From a virus: a DNA stretch of 64,000 nt. Where the stretch lies: positions 61,547-125,546 of IMG/VR virus record IMGVR_UViG_3300028859_000011. One strand, given 5' to 3'. Every line of letters begins with the position of its first letter. The stretch's first letter is position 1. Positions 42,394 to 53,870 of the stretch are shown piece by piece. Below the pieces are notes generated by a model. That model ran no database searches. It was not told the origin of the DNA and was given only the letters and a program-made list of their open reading frames with translations. The translations under genes were made by a program, and so were the position numbers.

Positions 42394-43151
42394 ATTTGAT
42401 TAAATTAGCATATGCTCTCATTAATGATGCAGCATTTAAAAATACATCTGTAAATAATATTATACATACTATACAACGATCTTGTATTTATGAAAAAATG
42501 AATTTTGAAGAATTAAAAATATATTTAAATATAGTTCAACGAAAGAGAAAATTGATAGAAATTAATAAAAAATATGGATAGAAAAATATTAAAATTATTA
42601 GCAAGTAGAATAATAAAAGAGTTCTTTGTTAAAGATAATTTAAATGCTCTTGAAGTTTTATATAAATTACAAACATTTAATAATTTTAGTGAATCTGATT
42701 TTTCTGAATTAAAAAAACAAATAATTATAGAAGAAAGAAAATATAAATTAATAAAATTAAATGAAACCGAATATTGATATCCCAGGACTAGCTAAATTTA
42801 TTGCTAAAGAAATGTTTGTTTTTAATAAAACAGATTCATTTGATGATTTGAAAAAATTAGGTGCGTTTAATAATTATGATATTAGTAAATTAGAAAAAGA
42901 AATAATTATAGAATTACGAAAATATAAATTAATAAAATTAAATGAAACCGAATATTGATATTCCAGGACTAGCTAAATTTATTTCTAAAGAAATTTTTGT
43001 TTTTAATAAAATAAATGTAATTGATGAATTTGATGAATTAGGTACATTTAATAACTTTTGTTCTGATGATTGGATTGAACTATGCAAACTAATAAGTTTA
43101 GAAATAAGAAAATATAAATTAATAAAATTAAATAATGAAAACGAATTATAA
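42381..43151 (+). CDS. Tandem array of four small paralogs (42381, 42574, 42761, 42942) ending RK[YR]KLI.[LI]N
   Basis: Near-identical junction DNA aaaatataaattaataaaattaaatgaaaccgaatattgat at about 42737 and 42920. Confidence 0.75.
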
Positions 43152-43610
43152 ATTTTTCCTTAAAGGAGAATTCAGATTAAAAGATTAATAAAAAAAATAA
43201 TAAGTTTAATAAAAACTTCAAATAATAAAAAATTTATAATAGTTTTAGGACAGAATTCTATATCTGATGTTCCAACTGATATTCCAACTGATGTTCCAAC
43301 TGATGTTCCAACTGATGTTCCAACTGATGTTCCAACTGATGATATACCTCACGATATACCTATACCTGAATCTACGTCTGAAAATAATATTAAGGAAATT
43401 GATAGATTAGCGTATAATTTTTATGTTCAAGATTATATGACAATATATCGATATCATGATGATAAAGGTCCAGCGACTATGATAAATATTATAAATCATT
43501 ATAAACAAAGAGGAAATTTATATCATCAACATGATTCAATAGATGAATATTATGAGCAAGCAAATCAAATTTTAAGAAAACAAAAATTAGAAAAATTAAA
43601 TAATTTATGA
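43135..43610 (+). pseudogene. DDIAY-family member with (DVPT)n linker, frameshifted near its start
   Basis: Open frame ...SISDVPTDIPTDVPT...EIDRLAYNFY...YYEQANQILRKQKLEKLNNL*; lacks an in-frame ATG at its 5' end. Confidence 0.6.
43266..43337 (+). repeat. 12-bp tandem repeat, 6 copies
   Basis: gatgttccaact x6, one copy gatattccaact. Confidence 0.95.
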
Positions 43611-44952
43611 TAGAGCATAATATTTATGATGATGAGTTAGATAATTGTGCATATGCATGTTATAAAAAATATTATAAAAAAAGAAATCATGATAGTACTT
43701 CTATAATAGATAAAGATTTCTTTATACGTCATAGAAAAATTTTATCTGAATATTATAAACAAGCAGAAAAAATTTTAAGAAAAAAGAAATTAGAAAAAAT
43801 AATAAATCATGTTCAATAATAAAATTGAAAATATAGATGATATTGCATATAAATTATATGCAAAAAAGAATTTCATATGTGGTAATATTACACGTAGTCT
43901 TTCTAAAATTATTTTTGAAATTAGTTATGATAATGATTCTGAATATTATAAAAAAGCAGAAATTATTATAAAAAATAAAAAACTTATTATAAGAAAAAAA
44001 AATTAGAAAAAATTAATAGAATAGAAAAAATTAATAATATATGTTCAAATTTAAGAAGAAAAAATGAAAATATAGATGATATTGCATATAAATTATATAT
44101 ATCTGATATCAAAGAAATAACTGGAGATAATTATTCTATATATTTAGATATGAATTATAAGTTGCTCAGTATAAACCTATTTGTAGCTTATCGTCATGAT
44201 GTATTATTTGGTGATTATTATTATAAAAAACAGAAAATATTATAAGAAAAAATAAATTAGAAAAAATTAATAGAATAGAAAAAATAATAAATCATGTTCA
44301 ATAATAAAATTGAAAATATAGATGATATTGCATATAAATTATATGTTACTAATATTACAAATATATATTTAGAACAGCATATTTATAGAAGTGTTATATA
44401 TCTTGATTTTAATTCTTTTATTTTTGATTCAATTTTTGAAAATAACTATGAAATTTATTATAAAATTTATTATGATAAAGCAAAAAATATTATTAGAAAA
44501 AGAAAAATAAAAAAATTAAATGATATTTAATAAAAATATAGGAAATTGGTATAAAAAATCTACATATTTAGATGATGTAGTTTACCAATTATATTTAGAT
44601 GAAATAAAAAATACTAACGATGAAAATTATCCTGGTTATCAAGAATATTTAATTGCTGTTCATATTAAATATAAAAATAATCAAATTGAGAATGCATATA
44701 ATATAGCAAAAAATATTATAAGAAAAGAAAAAATTGAAAAATTGAATGAAGAAAATATTTAAATATACAGAATTAGAATATATTGCATATGAATTATATA
44801 GAACAGATGAAAAAATATTAGATATTAAAACTTTAAATATTAAAATATTTACAATTTGCCATGATATATTTAAATTTGAAAATGAATATTATAAAAAAGC
44901 TGAACATATTTTAAGAAATAAAAAATTAAAAAAATTAAAAAATGAAAATTAA
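43607..44952 (+). CDS. Tandem DDIAY-family array (43607, 43809, pseudogene 44041-44304, 44294, 44520, 44746)
   Basis: Each has [DE].[IL]AY.LY near the N-terminus and YY.KA..I[IL]RK.K[LI].K[LI] at the C-terminus. Confidence 0.8.
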
Positions 44953-45681
44953 AAGAGAACAATACGATAAGTTATGTAATGAAAATGGGAATTTTTACAT
45001 AGATGATTTTCCAATTAGTTCAAATCAAGATATTATGTTTGAACTGTTTAATCATTTACCTTCACATGAGAAATCATTAGCAATCGAATGGGGATTTAAT
45101 GATACAGTATTTAAAGATAATGTTTTTGAAATATTATGTAAATCTCAATTAGGAATGACTTGCGTAGAATATTATAATAGTGATATCTGTAAAAATTATT
45201 TAGATAACGGAGAATTAATAGAATTAAATTTTAAAAAAATTAAATGATGATTGATCAAGAAATAATAGAAAATGAAAAACTCATATCTGATTTCATGAAA
45301 GTTGAAAATGTATTTCCTTATATTTGCAAAAATGAATATTTTGGTATGTATATAGCTGAGGATGAATATGGAACAATTGACTATACTCATAATGGAATAA
45401 ATTGGTTAAATTATAAATCTTGGGTAAATATAATGTCAGTCGTTGAAAATATTGAAAGTGTTTTTGAAACTGAAATGAGTAAAGAATCAATTGATATTAC
45501 ATCACATTATGTTTCATATTCACATTATAATGATAATTTTGAATGTGAATTTAAAATAATTGTAGGTTGTTATTTAGAATCTTCAGAAAAAATAAAAGCA
45601 TCATCAAAATTAGAAGCTGTTTACATAGTTGTAACTGAATTTATTAAATGGTATACAAAAAAATATAATACTTTTAATTAA
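44942..45681 (+). CDS. Two hypothetical proteins (44942-45247, 45244-45681)
   Basis: Coupled ORFs; the second has ENEKLISDFM...SWVNIMSVVENIE. Confidence 0.7.
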
Positions 45682-45723
45682 ACGTTATATAAAATATTTA
45701 ATATATATTGATAAAAATTATTT

Positions 45724-46212
45724 ATGTATATAAAATTATTTTTATTAATATTATGTTTATTTTCATTAAATACAATAATATGTTCACAAACATATATAAC
45801 ATTTACACCATCTTTAACAACAATACAAGGTACTATATTAGATAAAGGAAATTTATCATTTGAAGTAGGACATCAATTTGATGTTTTTAGTGTAGGTGCA
45901 GTTTACGGTAAATCATCATTAGCTAGTGAAAAAAAAGATACCACATCTTATTTTGAAATTAGAACTAATTTAAATATTTTTCAGCAAGGTAAATTTACGA
46001 ATACATTTACTATTGGCGCAGGATATATACCTTTAGCAAAAAATAATTTTTTGACTGAAGTAACATATACAATAGAATATTCATTATCTGAAACATTTCA
46101 CATTAATATATTAGCTGGAAATTATTTGTATAGTGGATTAAAAACAACAAGTTCTGAGCCTTTTGTTGGTATATCTTTAACTTATTATTTTAAACCATTT
46201 GTTCAAAAATAA
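45724..46212 (+). CDS. Secreted, probable outer-membrane beta-barrel protein
   Basis: Signal peptide followed by alternating amphipathic strands and terminal GISLTYYF. Confidence 0.6.
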   Translation: MYIKLFLLILCLFSLNTIICSQTYITFTPSLTTIQGTILDKGNLSFEVGHQFDVFSVGAVYGKSSLASEKKDTTSYFEIRTNLNIFQQGKFTNTFTIGAGYIPLAKNNFLTEVTYTIEYSLSETFHINILAGNYLYSGLKTTSSEPFVGISLTYYFKPFVQK

Positions 46213-46309
46213 ATATTTTAAAATTTATAAAAAAACTTCAAAAATATTTTTTTATATCAAATAGTTTTATTATATTTGCACTCAATATATTTATTAAAAA
46301 ATTAAACAT

Positions 46310-47676
46310 ATGAGAAATATTAATTGCATTGATTGGAATAAATTTATATTTATCTCAAAAGGAGATTTTTTTGTTAAAAATAGTGAATCATTTTGCAAAT
46401 TAATTTATAATACATATAAATTATCAGATACAGTAGAAAATACATTTGGATTATTTGTGGGAGTTATTTATGAAAATAATGATAAGGTTAGAGGTTTAAA
46501 TAAACATAAATTTTGTCATAATGATTTAATCGTAAATGATGAACTTAATTATATTAAAATTGAAGATGCTTGCAGATTTACTGATTTTGATGTATATTAT
46601 AACGGAGTTATTGTTAATGAATTAAGTTATCTTGAACTTTTCAAATTATCTGAATCTATCGATTAATATTAACATTTTAAAAATTAAAAACTATGATATT
46701 ATTTTTTATTATTTTATTATCTGCTATTATATTATTTGCTATACCATTTTTCGTAGACGATACATGGTATTTATCCATATTTGGAATATTATTATTAATT
46801 TTTGGAATTGGTATCGGATGTGCTATTAGATATGATAAAAATCCTGATGATGATACTTATATTGGTTTAGAAGATGAATATAATTATGCAACATCTCATG
46901 ATTCCATTCCATTTAAATTTAAATCAGATTTATATAATAAATGCTCAGATTTTAATAAAACTTTAGATAGTTATGACAACTTACATGATAATATTTGGAT
47001 AGGTTTTTATTATCCTGATCTTGGCAAAAAAAGAGATACGATGAAATATTTTAATTTAAAAAAATACAATAATTATGATAGAATTAGAGAAATATGAAAA
47101 TGCTTTAAGAGAGTGCTTAATTAATGAATCAGGATTACCTTTTAATCAATGGTGTTCTCAAACTCGTTCAGAGTTAGCTCAAGAATCAATTGATAAAATT
47201 AAGTATTTTAACAATGAAATAACATTACATAAAAATGAATTAGTTATTGATTCATATAAAATTGTTAGGCTTGTAGATGTTGATGAAGATGCTTATGATT
47301 ATTATTGGGTATATGATGAATGGATAGGAATGATGAATAGTAAATTATATGAAGCATCATGTGTTGGCAAACATACATTATTAAAAGGCTTTTTACCTGA
47401 TAATGAATATAATGAATTAGTTAGAGTTTGGAATTTAAACCAGTCTGAAAAAGCAATATAAATATAAATTATATGAAAAAATTTATTACAGTAGAAATAC
47501 CAGAAAAAGATAACAATGGACACCGTCTTGCATGGTGGATGCCAGATATGTGTTTAACTATAATTGATATTTTAGAACAAGAAAATCCAGAATATGATTT
47601 TTTACAAATTGTTACTACTGGAAATTTAGCATGTAACATGAAATTTGCATTAATGAAACTTAAACCACTATTTTAA
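46310..47676 (+). CDS. Four hypothetical ORFs (46310, 46693 membrane protein, 47075, 47473)
   Basis: Operon behind TATATTTG 46271-46278. Confidence 0.65.
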
Positions 47677-47688
47677 AATAAAAACAAA

Positions 47689-48114
47689 ATGAAACTAGAT
47701 TTATTATATTTAATAAAAAAGGCAATGCTATCAAGAAATTCATTTGAATTAGGCGTGCTAAGATTGATGAAAACTGAATTTGTTAATTTCGAGAATTCCG
47801 CAAATGCAGCTAAATTAACTGAAGTAGAAGAATCAAAAATCATTATAAAAATGATAAAACAAAGAAAAGATTCAGTTGAACAATATAATAAAGCAAATCG
47901 TAGTGATTTAGCAGAAAAAGAACAAGCTGAAATTGTTTTTTTAAGTACATTTTTACCAAAAGAAGCATCAAAAGAAGATATTTCGGCATATGTAATTGAA
48001 GTTGTTTCTAAGGGCGGCGGTAATATGGGATATTATATAAAAGAAGTCAAATCTAAATTTCCAACATCAGATGGTAAATTTGTAGCAGAAGAAGTTAAGA
48101 AAAATATGATATAA
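47689..48114 (+). CDS. GatB/YqeY domain protein
   Basis: LGVLRLMKTE, IKQRKDSVEQY.KANRSDLAEKEQAEI.FL..FLP, MG. Confidence 0.9.
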   Translation: MKLDLLYLIKKAMLSRNSFELGVLRLMKTEFVNFENSANAAKLTEVEESKIIIKMIKQRKDSVEQYNKANRSDLAEKEQAEIVFLSTFLPKEASKEDISAYVIEVVSKGGGNMGYYIKEVKSKFPTSDGKFVAEEVKKNMI

Positions 48115-48119
48115 AAATA

Positions 48120-48362
48120 GTGATATATAGGTCAACTAAAAATGACCTATATAAAATGAACTTGGAAAATACAGGAATGATTTTAAATCCAAATGAAAAT
48201 TTGGTAGCATTAATTAGAAAAAATTTAGAAAATAATTGTGGGTATTGTACTTGTGCACAACCTGACGTTTCTTTATTTGACACATTATGCCCTTGTAAAA
48301 ATTTAAGATTATATAATAAGTGTTATTGTAATCTTTATATAAAAAAAGAGAAAATAATTTAA
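48120..48362 (+). CDS. Ferredoxin-thioredoxin reductase catalytic subunit-like protein
   Basis: GYCTC, CPC, CYCNLY Fe-S motif pattern. Confidence 0.8.
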   Translation: MIYRSTKNDLYKMNLENTGMILNPNENLVALIRKNLENNCGYCTCAQPDVSLFDTLCPCKNLRLYNKCYCNLYIKKEKII

Positions 48363-48409
48363 TTATTTTCTCTTTTTTATTGATAATTAAAATAATAACG
48401 TTATCTTTG
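48342..48409 (+). terminator. Terminator followed by a -7 promoter box (48402-48409)
   Basis: 18-bp arms 48342-48359 and 48361-48378. Confidence 0.7.
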
Positions 48410-48443
48410 TATTTGATAATTATAAACTAAAATATATAACATT

Positions 48444-48695
48444 ATGGAAGCAATTTATAGTACAAGTGATTACATTGAAATGATATTCATGTTAGTAATG
48501 ATGATAGTTTTAACAATTGTTATTAAATATATTCATGGTGATTTTTCAGCAGAATCAATTGAAATTGTCAGCAATGATGAATTATCAATCACAAATGATA
48601 AAGGAGATGTAATTGGTAAAAAATATATCAATACATATAAATATACATATAAAAATGGAAATGTTAAATATAAAACTAAAATTGTTAAATTATGA
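48444..48695 (+). CDS. Membrane-anchored hypothetical protein
   Basis: N-terminal TM helix. Confidence 0.6.
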   Translation: MEAIYSTSDYIEMIFMLVMMIVLTIVIKYIHGDFSAESIEIVSNDELSITNDKGDVIGKKYINTYKYTYKNGNVKYKTKIVKL

Positions 48696-49027
48696 TAACA
48701 TCACCAACCAGATTAGATGATATAGCATATGAATTATATGTGAATAATAATATTTTTAAAAGACATGATCCACTATCATCAATTCATTTTCGATATAGTT
48801 ATTATAATAAAAAGGAATATAAGAGAAATATCTTATATAGATATTGAAAAAATTTATAATCGAGCAACAAAATATTTAAGAAAATTAAAACTAATTGAAT
48901 TAGAAAATGCCTAAATTATAATGAAATGTATAACGATAGAAAATTAGATGATATCGCATATGAATTATTTTCAAATAGTTATATTAATATAGGATTACTT
49001 GTACCATTAGGAAAAGATAGTGTATGA
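48692..49027 (+). pseudogene. Two decayed DDIAY-family copies (48692-48914 frameshifted; 48926-49027 truncated)
   Basis: RLDDIAYELY...[fs]...RATKYLRKLKLIELENA*; RKLDDIAYELF...*. Confidence 0.7.
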
Positions 49028-49098
49028 GCTTATCTATTCTTAATTTTTTCTTCAGCCGCTCATTATAATAATAAGGATTTAAAAAAGAATAATAAAAT

Positions 49099-49296
49099 AT
49101 GAAAAATTTTAAAGGAATAATAGTAAAGATATCAGAATCAACAATTTATCCGACACCTTATGGATATGAATATAAAGCAAAAGGTTGTTATGTAAACAAA
49201 AAATTTCTAATTGTTGTTGGACATTTAGAACAAGATAATACAATAAGAATTAAATATCCAATGAAAGATATTATTAATATAGAAATTATAACATAG
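49099..49296 (+). CDS. Hypothetical protein
   Basis: Small ORF. Confidence 0.55.
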   Translation: MKNFKGIIVKISESTIYPTPYGYEYKAKGCYVNKKFLIVVGHLEQDNTIRIKYPMKDIINIEIIT

Positions 49297-49466
49297 TTAT
49301 GAAAGCAAATAAACAAAATATAGAAACAGTAAATGGATTATCATTCAGGCACGCTGCACAAATTGTTAGACGTAAAATGATGTCTAAAATATATACTGAT
49401 AAAAATGATTATAATAGGAAAGATAAATCTTGGAAAAATTTACTTTAATTAATCATAAAAAACATT

Positions 49467-49515
49467 AAATAGCTGATTTATTTATATATAAATCAGCTAT
49501 TTTTTATTACCTTTG
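49467..49515 (+). terminator. Terminator hairpin plus TACCTTTG promoter box (49508-49515)
   Basis: aaatagctgattta ... taaatcagctattt. Confidence 0.7.
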
Positions 49516-49543
49516 TACTTGATAATTAAACATAAAAAATATT

Positions 49544-50293
49544 ATGGAAGATAATAAAATTTACTGCCCTGTATGTGGATCTGAATTAAAAGTCACTCAT
49601 CGTGATAATTATGAAGATATTCAAGATCATGTATCATGTGATGAATATAATACACCTTCTCTTAAAGATGGTTATCAATGTGTAAATAAAAATTGTTTAG
49701 CATCTGAATATGGTTTTACTTGGATCTCTGATGGAGATTTGTATATTAGAACTGATTTTTTTCCACCTGATGTCACTTATTATATGGCTAGTACAAGAAT
49801 AAAAGAATTATGTGAAAATGGAAATACTTATGCAAAAAATTCTTGGAATTATTATTATGAAAAAGGACGCAAAGCAGTCGAAAAAAGAACTATTAAGATT
49901 AATATTTTCAAATTAACAATTGATATTATACCAAAAACATATGGCTATAACTATCCAGATAATAAACGTGATATGCCACGTTTGATAGGATGGAAATTCG
50001 AATTTTGGAAAAAAACTGATGAATATAGTTATAGCTGTATTATTCCAATCAATAAAATGATAAAACATAACATTAGTGTTTTTAAGAGTACTTCAATAAG
50101 ATTAAAAAAAAGTAAAGATCCACTTAAAATGAAATCTGAAATTAAAGATGCTGCAAATATTATTAAATGTAATAATTTATGGGGTGTAAAAAATGATAAA
50201 AATTATGCAAAAATTTCATCTTTTATTATAAACACATTTTATAAAAGAACAGCTAATTATATATTAGAAGTAAATAAAATATTAGAAAAATAA
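49544..50293 (+). CDS. Zn-ribbon hypothetical protein
   Basis: YCPVCG...YQCVNKNC. Confidence 0.7.
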   Translation: MEDNKIYCPVCGSELKVTHRDNYEDIQDHVSCDEYNTPSLKDGYQCVNKNCLASEYGFTWISDGDLYIRTDFFPPDVTYYMASTRIKELCENGNTYAKNSWNYYYEKGRKAVEKRTIKINIFKLTIDIIPKTYGYNYPDNKRDMPRLIGWKFEFWKKTDEYSYSCIIPINKMIKHNISVFKSTSIRLKKSKDPLKMKSEIKDAANIIKCNNLWGVKNDKNYAKISSFIINTFYKRTANYILEVNKILEK

Positions 50294-50341
50294 TTTACAA
50301 TAAACTACAATTTTTATTATTATATATAATAATAAAAACAT

Positions 50342-50830
50342 ATGACAAAATTTGATAAACGATTAGAAACGTCTAGATCTATATTAAACTCGTTAATATC
50401 ATTAGGTAAAATTACAATTAATTCAACAGATGAAACTATTGATAATTACGTGATATTATCAGTTGATATATCTGATAGACTTATTAATGAATTAACAACA
50501 GTAAATACTGAAGATAACTCAAAAATTATTAATGATAAATTTGATTATTATGAATTAGGAAATAATGAAGTTGATAGAATAATGAATCTTCCTTATGATA
50601 ATTTAATTGATATAAATTTAAAAGAAGAATTATTAAAAGAAAATATTAATATTGTAGAAAAATTTAAAGAAGACTATTATAGTCATTTAAATGCTCTTTT
50701 TTTAAATGTTATACTTAATAGATTACATAGTTATCCAAATCATAAAAATGCTGAAAATAGAGCATTTGAAGCTCGTCAAGCTACTTCTGATATTATATAT
50801 GATTTTAGAAATAAATTACAAAATAAATAA
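50342..50830 (+). CDS. Hypothetical protein
   Basis: ORF behind TTATATATA 50320-50328. Confidence 0.65.
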   Translation: MTKFDKRLETSRSILNSLISLGKITINSTDETIDNYVILSVDISDRLINELTTVNTEDNSKIINDKFDYYELGNNEVDRIMNLPYDNLIDINLKEELLKENINIVEKFKEDYYSHLNALFLNVILNRLHSYPNHKNAENRAFEARQATSDIIYDFRNKLQNK

Positions 50831-50844
50831 TTTAACTAATTTTT

Positions 50845-51627
50845 ATGATAAAGAATTTTAATAAATTTACTGATAAATTATATGTAGATTATTTTTCATA
50901 TCTATATGAACTTTCACCAAAAGAATTGAAAGATTTAATAGACTCAACGAAAGAAGTAATGCAAAATGAAGTATGGCATCCAGAATATGACGTTTATGAA
51001 CATATTAAATTGGTAGTAAATAGATTACATAAAACATATAATGATATAAATTTAGATTTAGCAGGATTATATCATGATTTAGGAAAATCATCTACCACTG
51101 AGTGGAGTGATGAAAAAAAATCTTGGATTGCTCCTGGACATGAATATGTGTCTTGTGAAATGCTAGAAGATCAAGCAAATTTTGTAAAAGAAATGGTAGG
51201 AGATTATAAATTAATATATTATATAGTTGAGAATCATATGAAGATTAAATATTTAGATAATTTTAGAATTCAAAATAAAATTGAAATTTTAAATAATAAA
51301 TATTTTAACGAATTGATGAAATTTGATTCTGCTGATTTTGGTGGAGATGAACTTAATTGTAAGCCTATTAGAGATTTATCTGATATAAAAAAAGAGATTC
51401 AAGATTATAAATTAATTGAAATAGAAAATAAAGAAATTTCTAAAAAATTTAATGGAAATATAATAATGGAAATATATCCAGAATTAAAAGGTAAAGAGTT
51501 AGGTAATGCTATAACAAAATTTAAAGAATATATTTTTAATAAATTTAATATTAGTATTAGAAAATATATTTTAACTAATAAATCCAGTGATATATTAAAT
51601 GAATTTGATTTATTTATCAAAAAATAA
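50845..51627 (+). CDS. HD-domain phosphohydrolase resembling the C-terminal half of CCA/poly(A) nucleotidyltransferases
   Basis: WHPEYDVYEH, LAGLYHDLGK, GHE, HM, NGNIIM...LKGKELG. Confidence 0.8.
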   Translation: MIKNFNKFTDKLYVDYFSYLYELSPKELKDLIDSTKEVMQNEVWHPEYDVYEHIKLVVNRLHKTYNDINLDLAGLYHDLGKSSTTEWSDEKKSWIAPGHEYVSCEMLEDQANFVKEMVGDYKLIYYIVENHMKIKYLDNFRIQNKIEILNNKYFNELMKFDSADFGGDELNCKPIRDLSDIKKEIQDYKLIEIENKEISKKFNGNIIMEIYPELKGKELGNAITKFKEYIFNKFNISIRKYILTNKSSDILNEFDLFIKK

Positions 51628-51732
51628 ATTTATTGTATTTAAATAAAAACCAAATAATTATATAATTATTTGGGTTTATCATTTATTTTATGTATATTTG
51701 TAATACAAAAACAATAGTAAATATATTAACTT

Positions 51733-52080
51733 ATGATATTTAGAACTGAGATAATAGAATATGATTTATCATTTGATAAATATCGTGAAACCCGTAATAT
51801 GCCTTTAACATATAGATTAAGATTATATTTATATAATGGCGAATTAATATTAAAAAAACAATATTTTAAGTTTGGTGTCAATGACAATGAAAAATTGGAT
51901 GAATGGTGGATTTGTAAAAACGATTTTGATTTATTATGGATTTCTATTATAACTAGGAAATTTGATGATAATAAATATATGAAAGAATTGGAAACTAAAA
52001 TATTTGAAATATTTTATGATGAATCAGTTAAAATGACAGAAGAAATTAAAAAAGAAATTTTAAAACATACAAAAAAATGA
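51733..52080 (+). CDS. Hypothetical protein
   Basis: ORF behind terminator 51647-51677 and TTTG-N20-TATATTTG. Confidence 0.7.
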   Translation: MIFRTEIIEYDLSFDKYRETRNMPLTYRLRLYLYNGELILKKQYFKFGVNDNEKLDEWWICKNDFDLLWISIITRKFDDNKYMKELETKIFEIFYDESVKMTEEIKKEILKHTKK

Positions 52081-53705
52081 ACAGTAAATTGTTTAATCAA
52101 AAAAAAATAATAAAGTTTGTTGATAAATTTAATAGAAGAAGAAAATTACAAAATATAAATAAAATAATATGAGTATAACAGCTAAAATGATTTGCAATCC
52201 AGGTGCAGGTAAATTTCGCATTAATGGTAGTTCATTTTCAGGTACAATTGAAAGCGCAAAAATGAATCCTTATCAAGCAGAATTATTATTGAAAGATATG
52301 AATATATCAGATATTGAAAGATTTTTAAGAAAAAATAAATTAAATAATATTAATAATATTAATAAATAATTATGCCACATAAATCATCTTGGACAACTGA
52401 AATTAGTAATGAAATTAATATGTCTACATCAGATAAAATTGAGAGATTTATTAACTATGCATCAAAAGAAGTAATCAATAATTTATTAGAAAAATTTGAT
52501 ATTAAAGATGTTGAAAATTTTTTAAGAACTAAAAAATTAAAAAATTTATCAAATGAATTATAATTTAGAACATAATATAGATGAAATAGCATATGATTTA
52601 TATTTAAAATCATGTGGTAAGAATGAATTTACAATTGGATTTAGTTCTTATTTATATATTAGATATTATGGTAATAATTCAAGTAAAATAATACTCGATA
52701 ATTATATTAAAGCAAATAATATTTTAAGAAAATTAAAATTAGAAAAATTAGAAAATGTTAATAGATAAGTCAATAGGTAATTGGTGTGAAAAAGGAGAAT
52801 CAGATGATATAGATGATATTGCATTTCAGTTATATTTAAATTATTATTATGAAACATATAATTCATTCAGTCAAGCTGAACAATATATGTTTATGACATT
52901 AAGAAAAGACCAGCAACGTGATAATGCTAAATTATATCGATTTTATAAAAAAGCGTATAATATATTAAGAAAATTAAAATTAGAAAAATTAGAAAATGAG
53001 TACAAATTATGATGATATATATTCAAATCTTATTATAGATAAATCAATAGGAAAATGGTCTAATGATCGTTTATATTCTGAACTTGAAGATATGTTTTAT
53101 CAGATATATATTCATTGGTATTATCATGAATATATTATTGATAATCCTTATGACAATCATTCATTAGAATCTCAATCTTGGTTTATATCTTATTTAAATA
53201 CATCAGAACATAAAAATGATGGATCTTATGATTTATATTATAATAAAGCAAATAGCATATTAAGAAAAAATAAATTAGAAAAAATAAAAAATGCAGAATA
53301 ATTTCAAAACTGTTGATAAAGCAAATAATTTCAAACCTGGTGATAAAGTAATATGCATTAATATTCCAATAAATTCAAAATTAATTATTAGTGCATTATA
53401 CACAATATATGATGCGAATAACATTTATGTTAGATTAATTGAGGATGATAATAAAGGTTATTATAGATATTCAAGATTTAAACCAGATATTAAATCAAAC
53501 AGAAAATTAAAATTAAAAAAAATAAATGAATAGCGAGGATGATTTAATTGAATATTTTATAAAAAAATTATATATAACATCTGGTGTACCAAAAAAATAT
53601 TTATATCCTGATCCACTTGATTCTATTAATTTTAATGTAATTTTAAAATATGTAAGAAAAAAGAAATTATATTATATAAAAAATAATAAATTGAATGATG
53701 AATAA
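52077..53705 (+). CDS. Run of eight small RKxKL-tagged ORFs (52077-52172, 52169, 52372, DDIAY-family 52553/52755/52996, KOW-like 53291, 53526-53705)
   Basis: Ends include RRRKLQNI, LRKNKLNNI, LRTKKLKNL, LRKLKLEKL twice, LRKNKLEKI, NRKLKLKKI, VRKKKLYYI. Confidence 0.75.
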
Positions 53706-53870
53706 AAAATATGAAGAATTAGAAAAAATTAAATTGGAATTATCTGAATTGAAAATTAAATTCGAAAAATTAAAAAATGATTATGATTTTATTAAAGCTG
53801 AAAATAATAATCTAAAAAATGATATTGCAGTAAATTATTGTATTGATAATAAACTTTAAATATTTTTAAA

